Shown: in pieces, positions 17,293 to 26,289 of the stretch
Numbering within the stretch: the stretch's first letter is position 1
Layout of the letters: each line of letters begins with the position of its first letter
Source: a virus
IMG/VR virus record: IMGVR_UViG_3300043449_002292
Span: 1 to 64,000 of that record
Direction: 5' to 3' (one strand)
Length of the DNA stretch: 64,000 nucleotides
Translations under genes and position numbers: made by a program
Notes under the pieces: model-generated
Told to the model about the DNA's origin: nothing
The model's database searches: none
The model's input: the letters and a program-made list of their open reading frames with translations, nothing else

Positions 17293-17883
17293 ATGAAGCT
17301 GGAGAAAATGATGGGCAAGCGATCGCAGCAGAAGAATAACCCTGGTTACTACAAGGGTCTCAGCCGCAAGACCCGACGGGCCCGCGAGAAGCACTTCAAG
17401 CGCCAGAGCGCGATGCGCTGGGATGATCCCTCCGCCTACAAGCCAGCTCCCGGGGATGACAAAAAGACAAAGCCATCAAAATGGAATGCAATTGTTAAAA
17501 GGAGATTCGGAATGAAGAAGAATGAGGGTATTGATTTCAGCCAGATCGACATCGAGCTCATGGTTGCCGAAGCCCTGGTGTATGCCGACGCTGCGCTCCT
17601 CGAGCGACAGGGACTCAATGAGGCGAAGAAGAAGGGCGGAGGATCAGCGACAGCCCTAAAGAACAAGGCGAAGTCCGCGAACGCACCCCTCGGAACCCTC
17701 CGCGCGATCTACAACAAGGGACTCGCTGCATGGAGGACAGGTCATAGACCCGGTGCCTCACAGCATGCCTGGGCGATGGCACGCGTTAACTCGGTTCTCG
17801 CTGGTGGACCAGCGCGGAAAGTTGATGCCGCACAGTGGAAGCGGATCCAGAAGTTCAGGAAGGGTCGTCGTAAGCGTCGTTAA
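17293..17883 (+). CDS. basic conserved phage protein (DUF5824-like)
   Basis: YKPAPGD..TKPSK; GLAAWRTGHRPGASQHAWAMARVNS. Confidence 0.8.
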   Translation: MKLEKMMGKRSQQKNNPGYYKGLSRKTRRAREKHFKRQSAMRWDDPSAYKPAPGDDKKTKPSKWNAIVKRRFGMKKNEGIDFSQIDIELMVAEALVYADAALLERQGLNEAKKKGGGSATALKNKAKSANAPLGTLRAIYNKGLAAWRTGHRPGASQHAWAMARVNSVLAGGPARKVDAAQWKRIQKFRKGRRKRR

Positions 17884-17887
17884 AACT

Positions 17888-17912
17888 TGGGCCCTGTTGA
17901 GGGCCCATTTTT
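17888..17912. terminator. rho-independent terminator between convergent genes
   Basis: TGGGCCCT-GTTG-AGGGCCCA followed by TTTTT. Confidence 0.75.
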
Positions 17913-17924
17913 AAAACGTAGACT

Positions 17925-18596
17925 CTAAGTTCCGGGTGTCGTGGCGGGTGTTGTCGGTGGTGCCGCGCCGGTCGCAGCCTGTGTAATGTTTGCCGCGACC
18001 TGAGCGCCCTTATCTCCACCCTTGAAAAGCGCGCTGAGACCTCCCTTCCCTGCTCCCGGAAGGAGATCGCTGAACTTAATCTTGCAAACAGTCTGCGAGG
18101 CGAGCCTAACGAATGGGCCCTCCTGAACGAAACCAGACTTAATCGCCTCAGTTATCGCGATGGTGATAAAATTATCCGGCTGCAGGCCAATCATTGTAAT
18201 GACTTTGTCTATCAACGCTCCCTGGACGGCTGCTGCGAGCTTCGTCACGACGGTCTTGCAGGCACCGGGAGAGAACATCGCACGAAGATCCGCGATCCCA
18301 AGTCCAGCAACGAAATTGGTGATGATATCGCGAAGAAATCCTGGTTGAAGCCCAAAGTAATCAGCGAGCTTATCAGCCGCGATCTTCTTAACGCCACGAA
18401 ATAGATCTAGACCCGCGACCTGCTCATTAACCGATTTACGCTCAAGCTTTCGAAGCGATTCGAAGCAGTAGTCGTCCAGCTCGTGTACAGTGTAACCACG
18501 ACTTTCGAGCATGGCAACGTCGCTACCTAACTTTGACCAGTAACGATGCGCCTCTTCATTCCTTTCACGAATGATCTCAATGCTTCTTCCTGCCAT
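17925..18596 (-). CDS. putative virion protein
   Basis: ATATTTA upstream, GAGG SD, IIRE tag. Confidence 0.7.
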   Translation of the reverse strand: MAGRSIEIIRERNEEAHRYWSKLGSDVAMLESRGYTVHELDDYCFESLRKLERKSVNEQVAGLDLFRGVKKIAADKLADYFGLQPGFLRDIITNFVAGLGIADLRAMFSPGACKTVVTKLAAAVQGALIDKVITMIGLQPDNFITIAITEAIKSGFVQEGPFVRLASQTVCKIKFSDLLPGAGKGGLSALFKGGDKGAQVAANITQAATGAAPPTTPATTPGT

Positions 18597-18626
18597 CTTA
18601 ATTCCTCTTTTTCATAAATATGCCGA

Positions 18627-18896
18627 TCAACTTTCGCGTAACAAAATTATAAGACGTCCGCTTCCTCTTAATACCCGGTGCCAGCTTTCACGAGGAATCA
18701 TATACGATCGACCCGGAGTCAACTCGAATGGTAGTCCTTCCTGCAGCTGAAGCTTCCAACCTCGACCCTCAATGACCTCAACAACTCGATCCCTTCGATC
18801 CATATGCCACTCCAGCTCATGGATGGGAACGTCCCGCGAGAACTCCCGGATCATGCTGCTGTCCGAGAGTCTCACCTCACGATAGGGTCGACCCAT
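18627..18896 (-). CDS. small cupin-like phage protein
   Basis: REF...L.WH.DRRDR...GW.LQ...WHRV..G. Confidence 0.8.
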   Translation of the reverse strand: MGRPYREVRLSDSSMIREFSRDVPIHELEWHMDRRDRVVEVIEGRGWKLQLQEGLPFELTPGRSYMIPRESWHRVLRGSGRLIILLRES

Positions 18897-19555
18897 TACC
18901 ACCAGCCTGGGATATTCCTGCCGAAGAGCTTCGTGGAGCGACAGGCCCAGTAACCGCCCTTCGTCTTGTCCTTCTTGTCAGCGCACCCGTGCCGCTCGCC
19001 GAAGCTCTTGCGACGGGCTTTCGCAGCTGGGCCGCTGCCCATCGCATCGGGCATGCTGGAACCGAAAGAGACCTTCTTGACGTTGCCCGTCTTCGGATCA
19101 CGAACGTAGACGTGGGCTCGGCCTCCCGACCTGCTGGCACCCGCTGCGCCGAGCTTTACGGTGCGACCCTTGTACTTCGCCTCATCGAGACCCTCATCCC
19201 ACATCGGGAAATCAAGCGGCACCATCCGCCCCTCGTACATCGCCCATTCACCGATGTCGCTCTGGAAGAGTTCATACTCCGTCTCACTCGCCTCGTAGAG
19301 CCCCTGTTCCCAGATTTGACGAGCTTCGTTGAAAAGATCGAAGAATTCTTTGGTTCCCGGTCGATAAACATTGTCATCGAGGCCCACCCTGTTGCTGATG
19401 TGATATCGCAGACCCTCTGACAGGCTAGCACCGATTCCAAGCCTACTCACCGCAGCAGTCTCGTGCTGCTTTTCATCAGCGTAGATGTCATGATCCCGCA
19501 GCTTTTTCCGCTTCATCTTGCGGCCATCAGCATCGAAATCTTCCGACTTCGACAT
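18896..19555 (-). CDS. conserved phage protein; possibly C-terminal part of a frameshift fusion
   Basis: VYV.DPKTGNVKKVSFG...RKSF..RH.C..KKDKTK.GYWAC; frame stays open upstream to the A9 run. Confidence 0.8.
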   Translation of the reverse strand: MSKSEDFDADGRKMKRKKLRDHDIYADEKQHETAAVSRLGIGASLSEGLRYHISNRVGLDDNVYRPGTKEFFDLFNEARQIWEQGLYEASETEYELFQSDIGEWAMYEGRMVPLDFPMWDEGLDEAKYKGRTVKLGAAGASRSGGRAHVYVRDPKTGNVKKVSFGSSMPDAMGSGPAAKARRKSFGERHGCADKKDKTKGGYWACRSTKLFGRNIPGWW

Positions 19556-19662
19556 CGCTCCGAAATACTTTCCCTTATCGTCAGGGTGCGGAATCGGGGT
19601 CTCGCTCTTCGTCGCCTGCGGAGGCCAGGTTTTGTCAACCGGACCACCAACATGACCCTCAC

Positions 19663-20157
19663 TTACTTTTTTTTTACTGACTTTCCCTTCTTCGACTTTG
19701 GAATGTCATACCACTCAGACTCGTTTGTCTTCTTCATGTTGCGACGCTTCTTCATGTACCAGGGCTTCTTCGCCTCGTCCATACCACCGCGTGCGGTCTC
19801 GGCATGCAGGTAATCGTAGATAACGTCGATCATCTCGGAAGCTACGGCGATCTTCTCCTGCACCCATTCAGGAAGATCGTCCCCATCTTCCAGCATATCG
19901 TGAAGTTCCTGAGCCTGTGCGGTGAGATTGTAGAGATTGTTTTTGATCATGGAGGATTCCTCGTAAGAGTCTGAATCCTCAAATCTCATTCCGCCGCTCA
20001 TTTTCATTACTGGGGCCGCGCCGTCCTCATGACCTCCGTATCCGAGAATGTCGAGCATCGGCATCGCAGCAGCCATGGCGTTTGGAAGCTGACCCTCACG
20101 TGCCATGCAACCGCACTCGGCGATGATCATCTTGCGTAGCTGGTTCCTGTTCATCAC
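19663..20157 (-). CDS. phage protein with LRKMIIAE tag
   Basis: DDLPEWVQEKIA.A..MI...DYL motif. Confidence 0.8.
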   Translation of the reverse strand: MMNRNQLRKMIIAECGCMAREGQLPNAMAAAMPMLDILGYGGHEDGAAPVMKMSGGMRFEDSDSYEESSMIKNNLYNLTAQAQELHDMLEDGDDLPEWVQEKIAVASEMIDVIYDYLHAETARGGMDEAKKPWYMKKRRNMKKTNESEWYDIPKSKKGKSVKKK

Positions 20158-20435
20158 TTCTTCCCCTTATTCTTGAACTTTACTTCGACAGAGGGCGTGC
20201 GTGGATGAGCCAATCTCGACTCCTCCGAGAGACGTGCAACCTCAATCGCTGCCATCTTGAGAACCGTCTCGGCCTGCTCGAGGGTGAGACCACCGCCTAG
20301 CAGCTCCACTACGCTCATCTCAGCGATCTCGCTAAGCTCCTTCGCTCCCGCACGGCCACCATGCTGTAACGATCCCACAGCGAGTCTGATTGGATCCTTT
20401 ATCATTATGCTCTTGGGTTTCACGTTTGCCCTCAT
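20154..20435 (-). CDS. hypothetical protein
   Basis: ORF coupled to the downstream gene; start uncertain. Confidence 0.55.
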   Translation of the reverse strand: MRANVKPKSIMIKDPIRLAVGSLQHGGRAGAKELSEIAEMSVVELLGGGLTLEQAETVLKMAAIEVARLSEESRLAHPRTPSVEVKFKNKGKK

Positions 20436-20466
20436 ACCACTATACATATTCAGGTAGGACGGAAAT

Positions 20467-20940
20467 ATGAGAGACGTTGGGTCTAAAATGCTGATGCTTG
20501 AATACGTCGGATTCATGAGGATGATGCAGCTCTGGTTTCACGGCGCGCACCACCTCACGAAGGGTGTGAGCTTCTCAGGTGATCACGTTAACCTGTATGG
20601 AAAGATATATCAGGCCATCGAGGATCAGATCGACGGAGTCATAGAAAAATCCGTCGGTCTATTTGGAGATGAGTGTGCTTGTCCCATGCTGGTCACCGAA
20701 AAGGCGCTGGAGATTATGTCGGAATATCCGAGTCCTGCTGAGCTCAACGGCGCAAGCCAGGCAGCGATCGGTCTGCAAATCGAGCGTGATTTTCTCAAAT
20801 TCTCGCAGAGTCTCTATGATGTCCTAAAAAAGCTCGGTGATATGACGTTGGGGTTGGACGATATGATCATGGCGACGGCAAATGCACATGAGACCCACGT
20901 CTACCTGCTCCAGCAGCGAATTAAGTCGAGTCTCGGCTAA
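20467..20940 (+). CDS. ferritin/Dps-like protein
   Basis: HGAHH..KG..F..DH..L...Y....DQID...EK; HE...YLL. Confidence 0.75.
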   Translation: MRDVGSKMLMLEYVGFMRMMQLWFHGAHHLTKGVSFSGDHVNLYGKIYQAIEDQIDGVIEKSVGLFGDECACPMLVTEKALEIMSEYPSPAELNGASQAAIGLQIERDFLKFSQSLYDVLKKLGDMTLGLDDMIMATANAHETHVYLLQQRIKSSLG

Positions 20941-20947
20941 AACAGCG

Positions 20948-20971
20948 AAGGGGAGGCCGAAGCCTCCCCTT
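20948..20971. terminator. hairpin terminator between convergent genes
   Basis: AAGGGGAGGC-CGAA-GCCTCCCCTT. Confidence 0.75.
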
Positions 20972-20993
20972 ACTTTACCGACCCTCTATCGGA

Positions 20994-21374
20994 TCAGGCG
21001 CGGCCGAGGGCGTCCTCACCGTCCTCGGAGCCCACGATGTAGGGAGTCGTGCGACCACCACCGCGGACGGTGTGGTAGCGACCCTCGTAGCGGACGACGC
21101 GGTAGCCGGAGCGCTCGACCGGAACGCGACGGATCTCCTCACCCGTGGAGCGGACGCGGATCGTGACGGGCTTGCGGGCCCGGCGGGGCGTCTGCGTCGT
21201 GGGGGTCGCAGCCGGCGGGGTCACCATCACCTGGGACGGACGGGACGAGGACCGGGACGTCGAGGTCGTGGTCGTGGTCGTGGTGGAGCGGGTCGCCGAG
21301 GGGGCTGCCGCGGTGACGGTGGTGGCGTTACGGGTGGTGGACTTGGTGCTGCTGTTACGATTACGGTTGCTCAT
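20994..21374 (-). CDS. basic Thr/Arg-rich protein with disordered N-terminus
   Basis: AAGGAG SD, strong GC3 bias, terminator downstream. Confidence 0.7.
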   Translation of the reverse strand: MSNRNRNSSTKSTTRNATTVTAAAPSATRSTTTTTTTSTSRSSSRPSQVMVTPPAATPTTQTPRRARKPVTIRVRSTGEEIRRVPVERSGYRVVRYEGRYHTVRGGGRTTPYIVGSEDGEDALGRA

Positions 21375-21729
21375 TTGTCTCTTTCTCCTTTGGTTTTGAC
21401 GAGGTCCATTGGGCCGCCTCGTGAATTAATACTAGCTTGAGGTCACAGGTTTTGCAGAGGTTTTTGAATTTTTCTGGTGTTTTTATCAGCTCGAGCTTCT
21501 TTCCACGGCTCAGCGCCTTCACTGCTCGTTCCGTCCTCAGCGCGCACGAGAGGCAGCAGACGGGCCACGATGCCAACAAATGGACTGGCCGCCGGGAGCG
21601 CGTGTATCTTGCTCCTCGGCGGCCAGCGTTGTGCTCATCGATCCTTCTCCCGACGTCCGTCGAGATACCACAGTAGAGCGTGCCGTCAGCGCACTCGACG
21701 AGGTAGAGGTGGTAGAGCTTACTCGTCAA
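21361..21729 (-). CDS. GIY-YIG nuclease (YhbQ/UPF0213-like)
   Basis: YLVECADGTLYCGISTD..RR..EHN.G.GARYTR.RRP. Confidence 0.85.
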   Translation of the reverse strand: MTSKLYHLYLVECADGTLYCGISTDVGRRIDEHNAGRRGARYTRSRRPVHLLASWPVCCLSCALRTERAVKALSRGKKLELIKTPEKFKNLCKTCDLKLVLIHEAAQWTSSKPKEKETNEQP

Positions 21730-21946
21730 TGTACTCGAGCATCTGATCGGTCTCATGCATCGAGTCGCCCAGCTTCGCGCGGATCTTCGCGATCCGGAGC
21801 GCAGCCTTGAGTGCCTTCACATCGACGCCGTGCTGATCCTCATACTCCTCGAGGATCTCCTTCTGCGTCTCACGAAGCAGCCCCATCTCATTCTCGAGGG
21901 AGGTTAGCTTCTCAACCAGCTCACGAACAACTTCCTTGGTAGCCAT
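21719..21946 (-). CDS. GapR/DUF2312-like DNA-binding protein
   Basis: VEKL..LE.E......KE......G.DVKALK. Confidence 0.65.
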   Translation of the reverse strand: MATKEVVRELVEKLTSLENEMGLLRETQKEILEEYEDQHGVDVKALKAALRIAKIRAKLGDSMHETDQMLEYIDE

Positions 21947-21978
21947 CTTGATTCTCCTTTACCTTGATATTAATGATC

Positions 21979-22215
21979 TCAGTCTCGTTTTTCAAGCTCA
22001 TCGTCCCAGGCCATGAGCACCTGGTCATTTACCAATACCTCAAAACACTCATGATCATTCGGGTCCTTACCTACGCTCTTGATGATCATCGCTAGGTTCC
22101 CATCGTAGTTGTCAGAAGCATTCTTCACAGGAGAAAAGTTCTTTAAAGATACGTGACGAGCCCTGTGAGATGTCTTCAGACGAACTAACGAACCTGGCGA
22201 GAAGACGGACATCAC
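21979..22215 (-). CDS. SH3-like protein (FSPGSLVRL)
   Basis: family-like motif, EVLV...W.DEL. Confidence 0.65.
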   Translation of the reverse strand: MMSVFSPGSLVRLKTSHRARHVSLKNFSPVKNASDNYDGNLAMIIKSVGKDPNDHECFEVLVNDQVLMAWDDELEKRD

Positions 22216-22481
22216 GCGAGGTCCTCGCCCTCGGGCTCCTCGTAATCGACCTCCTCAATCTCTGTCCCGCAGGATTCACAAACGTGAACATTCACACGGG
22301 AATTTGACTGAAGAACAGTTACAATATCGTCCATGATATCAGCGAAGCTTTCAATCTCGCTAACTGCGAAGTTTAGAACCAGCTTTCCCGCTGGGACGAA
22401 CACCAGCCCCGTCTCCTTCACCATCCAAGCTCCGTGAGGTAACCTGATCGATCCCCTGGGTGGCTGCAGCGCTTGATTCAT
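22212..22481 (-). CDS. hypothetical protein with CxxC
   Basis: strong SD; CESCG. Confidence 0.6.
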   Translation of the reverse strand: MNQALQPPRGSIRLPHGAWMVKETGLVFVPAGKLVLNFAVSEIESFADIMDDIVTVLQSNSRVNVHVCESCGTEIEEVDYEEPEGEDLA

Positions 22482-22665
22482 TTATTTCCTCTTTTACCTT
22501 GATGACGGGAGCTGGAAACATCCTCTCGAGCTCTTCGACGGATGGGACGTCCACTCCGCACTCGGCCAACGCAGCAACAAACTTATCCTTGCTGTCGATA
22601 CCACGTGACTTCAACCAGTCCTGCTCATTGATTCTTCGACGAGCTATGTAAGAGTTCCAGTTCAT
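22360..22665 (-). CDS. hypothetical protein
   Basis: ATGA coupling; tail overlaps the next gene by 122 nt. Confidence 0.6.
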   Translation of the reverse strand: MNWNSYIARRRINEQDWLKSRGIDSKDKFVAALAECGVDVPSVEELERMFPAPVIKVKEEINESSAAATQGIDQVTSRSLDGEGDGAGVRPSGKAGSKLRS

Positions 22666-22898
22666 TCCTCAATTATCCTCATTTGCTTTCGAATGTTTTG
22701 GTCGAGTATCCGGAAAACGAGCCTCGCAGCTTCCTCGGAAATTTTAGGCTTTAGATACTCGACAAGCGCGCTCTCAATCTGGAACCTATCACTCGCCTTC
22801 TGGCGTGCCAGAAATTTGGCGGACCTCTCGTAGATACGATCAAGCTTTTGCTCATCCCAATCGAGGATCTCGAGTAATCTGGTTTCCAGGTCTATCAT
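22662..22898 (-). CDS. hypothetical protein
   Basis: ATGA coupling. Confidence 0.65.
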   Translation of the reverse strand: MIDLETRLLEILDWDEQKLDRIYERSAKFLARQKASDRFQIESALVEYLKPKISEEAARLVFRILDQNIRKQMRIIEE

Positions 22899-23185
22899 GC
22901 TGCCTGAGTGTAAATATCTCCCAACATCGAAGCCATCGAATCCTGAAAGCGCGGATCCATTGCCACCCGTCGGGACTCCTCGTCCAGCCGATCCTCAGGG
23001 ATGCCCTGCGTGATGCAGAGCTCACGAGCGATCTTCTGCATCGCCCGAAGGAGCAGATTCCGTGCTGTGGAGACGGAGACCTCATCACCATCAGCAGCCA
23101 TACGCTCAGCGATCACTCGATACTCGAGACCGCCCTCAACCGTCGCGTAACCGTTGCTGAACTTGGAACCATTGGGCATGCTCAC
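22895..23185 (-). CDS. stand-alone sigma region-4.2-like HTH protein
   Basis: GLEYRVIAERM...VSVSTARNLLLRAMQKI resembles the sigma4.2 HTH. Confidence 0.65.
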   Translation of the reverse strand: MSMPNGSKFSNGYATVEGGLEYRVIAERMAADGDEVSVSTARNLLLRAMQKIARELCITQGIPEDRLDEESRRVAMDPRFQDSMASMLGDIYTQAA

Positions 23186-23967
23186 TTGGACTCCTGAGCA
23201 GCGTCAAGCGCTGCGATCTCTGCTTGAGTGATCGGAAAGTTGACATGATCGGTTGGGCTCTCGATAAGCCCGAAACGAAGCCTGATAATCTTCTCCTCAC
23301 GTGCCGTGAGCTTCGTGAGTCCACGCCGGATCGCAGCTGCGATCTTCTCACGATCGATTCCCTCATCGATCTCCTCGGGACCGGAACCGACGATCGTATC
23401 GCCGAGACGAGGGCCTTCATCACCATCCTCGCCAGGACCGTGCGAGTCGAGTGAGAGGGTGTACTTGGAGGTCTGCAGTAGGATGTCGAGAGATCCCTGC
23501 CCAACGCCGAGGATATCAGCGAGCTCCTCAACGGTGGGTTGGACCCCGAATTCGCGCTGATATTCCTCCGCTGCACGACGGGCGCGCCAGACGAGACTGT
23601 TCGCGCCCGCCGGCAGGCGGATCGAAGAAGATTGGAGGGTGATGTGCCGCATGACGGATTGACGAATCCACCAGGTCGCGTAGGTGGAGAACTTGAATCC
23701 ACGACGCCAATCAAAACGATCGACAGCCTTCATCAGGCCAAGCGTCGATTCCTGGATCAGATCCTCGAAATCGCAACCACGATTCTGATACTTCTTGGCG
23801 ATCGAGATCGCCAGCCGGATGTTCGACTGCACCATCCGATTACGGGCAGTGCTTCGAACGAACTCATCCTTGCTCTCCATCTGTTGGGCGAGGTTAACCT
23901 CATCCTCACGAGTCAGGAGAGAATGGCGGCCGACTTCCTTAAAGAAGCCTTGCATCATGTCAGGCAC
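23182..23967 (-). CDS. RpoD-family sigma factor lacking region 4.2
   Basis: LLTREDE, SNIRLAISIAKKY, DLIQE...GL.KAVDRFD..RGFKFSTYATWWIRQ, region 3, LTAREEKIIRLRFGL, then ends. Confidence 0.9.
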   Translation of the reverse strand: MPDMMQGFFKEVGRHSLLTREDEVNLAQQMESKDEFVRSTARNRMVQSNIRLAISIAKKYQNRGCDFEDLIQESTLGLMKAVDRFDWRRGFKFSTYATWWIRQSVMRHITLQSSSIRLPAGANSLVWRARRAAEEYQREFGVQPTVEELADILGVGQGSLDILLQTSKYTLSLDSHGPGEDGDEGPRLGDTIVGSGPEEIDEGIDREKIAAAIRRGLTKLTAREEKIIRLRFGLIESPTDHVNFPITQAEIAALDAAQESK

Positions 23968-23977
23968 GTGATCCTCC

Positions 23978-24253
23978 TTAGTTTTCTTCTTCGTAGTAGT
24001 AGCCGTAGCCGTCCTCGTAGGACTCGACCGGAAGGGAACGCAAGTACTCCTCATGGAGTCGCTTACGAGTTTCCCGAACGCGGAGCTCGTCAACAAGGTA
24101 GCAGAGCTCCACCTCAACATCGTAGGTCTCACGACCCCGACGACGATCGGATTCGACCCATCCGCGATACTGATTTACCTTCATGCGGATCTCATCCTCA
24201 GGCATGATCGCAATATAATCACGATCGTGCACAGGAACACTTCTACTCGACAT
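23978..24253 (-). CDS. hypothetical protein
   Basis: first gene after a class I promoter. Confidence 0.65.
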   Translation of the reverse strand: MSSRSVPVHDRDYIAIMPEDEIRMKVNQYRGWVESDRRRGRETYDVEVELCYLVDELRVRETRKRLHEEYLRSLPVESYEDGYGYYYEEEN

Positions 24254-24331
24254 TCACTTTTCTCTTTGCTTGAAGTTCCGGTGGAGGTTATCTACCGCCG
24301 GCGGGATCGGCCGTTGCCTCAACCCTTCTTT

Positions 24332-24360
24332 ATCATACCACGTTCTGGCATGGTTTGCAC
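24332..24360 (-). promoter_or_regulatory. class I promoter GTGCAA-N17-TATGAT driving the sigma operon
   Basis: motif and spacing. Confidence 0.75.
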
Positions 24361-24378
24361 GCTTGCACGCGCTTTATT

Positions 24379-24660
24379 TCAGGTCAGCTTCTGCTTGATG
24401 GCCCGAACGTCGTCCTCAACATTATCAAGACGTTGGGTAAGTCCAGAGATCGCAGCCTCGAAAGTCTTACGATCCGCCTCATGGCTATCGACTGTCTTCT
24501 CAAGTGCCTTTACAAGATCATGAAGCTTCTCGTTCTGGGTTTCCAGATACTTCTGGAGCACCGGAAGAACCTTTGAGGCAAGCCAGTAAAGGATCGCAGT
24601 TGATAATGCGAGGGCTCCAAGCGGACCTGTGACTGCCTCAATTAGGAAATTCCAATCCAT
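24379..24660 (-). CDS. TM plus coiled-coil protein (holin-like)
   Basis: N-terminal TM, C-terminal coiled coil; ATAGTTA upstream. Confidence 0.6.
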   Translation of the reverse strand: MDWNFLIEAVTGPLGALALSTAILYWLASKVLPVLQKYLETQNEKLHDLVKALEKTVDSHEADRKTFEAAISGLTQRLDNVEDDVRAIKQKLT

Positions 24661-24689
24661 CGCTCTAACCTCCGTGAGCCTGGCTATAA

Positions 24690-26285
24690 CTATTCTGCAG
24701 GTGAGTCATCGACGATGGTGCAGCCCACAGAAAGTAGCATGCTCGCCGCAGAATGTGCATTTTCCAGCGCAGAGCGGACGACCTTCAGGGGATCGACGAT
24801 ACCGACCTCAAGCGTATCAACGTAACGTTCCGTGGCAGCGTCATAACCCTGGTTGTCACGCAGTCGCTCGACCTTCGAGAGAACGAGCTCAGGATTCCTG
24901 CCAGCGTTGGAAACGATCTGGCGCAGGGGCGCGCAGCACGCCTGCAGGATCACCTCGGCGCCCTGCTTGAAGGAATCGCTGCGGTTCCTGACCGCCTTAC
25001 GGCGAACACGTGCGGCAGCTCGAACGAGCGCGGTGCCGCCACCCGGTAGTATTCCCTCCTCCACGGCGGCTTTCGTTGCGTGAAGAGCGTCATCGACACG
25101 ATCACGTCGCTCCTTCAGCTCTGGCTCCGTAGCTCCACCAACACGTAGGATCGCAACACCGCCAGCAAGACGAGCAAGGCGCCGCTTGAGAGCGTCACGT
25201 TCATGCTGGTCCAGAGTCGGATCATCGATCTGGGATCGGATCTCGGCGGCGCGGGCCTCAATGGCCTCCTTCTTACCAGCAGCATCGATGAGGACGCTCC
25301 TGTAACGACCAACGATCGCGCGCTTGCAGCGACCGAGATCTGAAAGGCTGACCTTCATGAGTTCGGACTCGCCCGTGATAACCTGGGTTCCGAGCAGGAC
25401 AGCAAGGTCCTGCAGGGCATGCAGACGATTCTCACCGAACTCAGGACCCTTGATGGCGCTCACCTGTAGGATGCCCTTCGTCCTGTTGACGACGAGACCC
25501 TGCATCGCCTCACCTTCGATATCATCGGCGACGATAAGGATGGGCTTCTGGGCGGAGTGAATCTTCTCCAGCAGCGGTAGGATCTCCTTTAGGGTCGTGA
25601 TCCTGTTGTTGGTGAGCAGCACGTAGGGAGACTCCAGGGAGGAGACCATCTTCTCGTTGTCTGTCACGAAGTAGGGTGATAGGTAACCACGGTCGAGCTC
25701 GGCACCCTCAACGACATGAAGGCTCGTGCTGAAACCCTTCGCCTCCTCAACCGTGATTGTCCCATCACGTCCGACAGCCCGCATCGCCTGAGCGAGGAGC
25801 TCGCCAATCTCGCGTTCACCGTTGGCGGAGATCGTTCCAACCTGGATCACCTCCTCGTCCGAGGAGACAGGTTTCGCCATCGCTCGAAGCTCATCGATCA
25901 CACTTGCAACTGCCCATGACATGCCCGCTCGAACATCGGGGCTGCTGTGATCACCGGATAGGACCCGTAACCCACCGTTGAAGATCGCGTGTGTGAGCAC
26001 GGTCGCCGTGGTGGTCCCATCACCTGCCGCATCACAGGTGCGATTGGCAGCCTCCTTGACGATCTGGGCGCCAAGGTTCATGTTGCGGTCCCTGAAGTCG
26101 ATCGCACGGGCGACGCTAACACCGTCCTTTGTTACGACCGGGGGAGCCCCAGGGATCTCAATTATCACATTCTGACCGGAGGGTCCCATCGTGACCCTGA
26201 CTGCCTGCGCAAGCGAATCCACACCCTTACGTAAGCTCTCGCGTGCCTCTTCATCGAAGATGAGAGACTTGAAACCCTCAGTCAT
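24690..26285 (-). CDS. groEL: chaperonin GroEL
   Basis: TMGP.G, VTKDG, GDGTTTAT, LAGGVA..VG..T..E, EEGILPGGG, G.VDP. Confidence 0.97.
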   Translation of the reverse strand: MTEGFKSLIFDEEARESLRKGVDSLAQAVRVTMGPSGQNVIIEIPGAPPVVTKDGVSVARAIDFRDRNMNLGAQIVKEAANRTCDAAGDGTTTATVLTHAIFNGGLRVLSGDHSSPDVRAGMSWAVASVIDELRAMAKPVSSDEEVIQVGTISANGEREIGELLAQAMRAVGRDGTITVEEAKGFSTSLHVVEGAELDRGYLSPYFVTDNEKMVSSLESPYVLLTNNRITTLKEILPLLEKIHSAQKPILIVADDIEGEAMQGLVVNRTKGILQVSAIKGPEFGENRLHALQDLAVLLGTQVITGESELMKVSLSDLGRCKRAIVGRYRSVLIDAAGKKEAIEARAAEIRSQIDDPTLDQHERDALKRRLARLAGGVAILRVGGATEPELKERRDRVDDALHATKAAVEEGILPGGGTALVRAAARVRRKAVRNRSDSFKQGAEVILQACCAPLRQIVSNAGRNPELVLSKVERLRDNQGYDAATERYVDTLEVGIVDPLKVVRSALENAHSAASMLLSVGCTIVDDSPAE

Positions 26286-26289
26286 TCAG

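Noticed and set aside
22360-22481. 122-nt same-strand overlap as meaningful dual coding
   Set aside because: The overlapping tail of the upstream protein is low-complexity and most likely incidental read-on.
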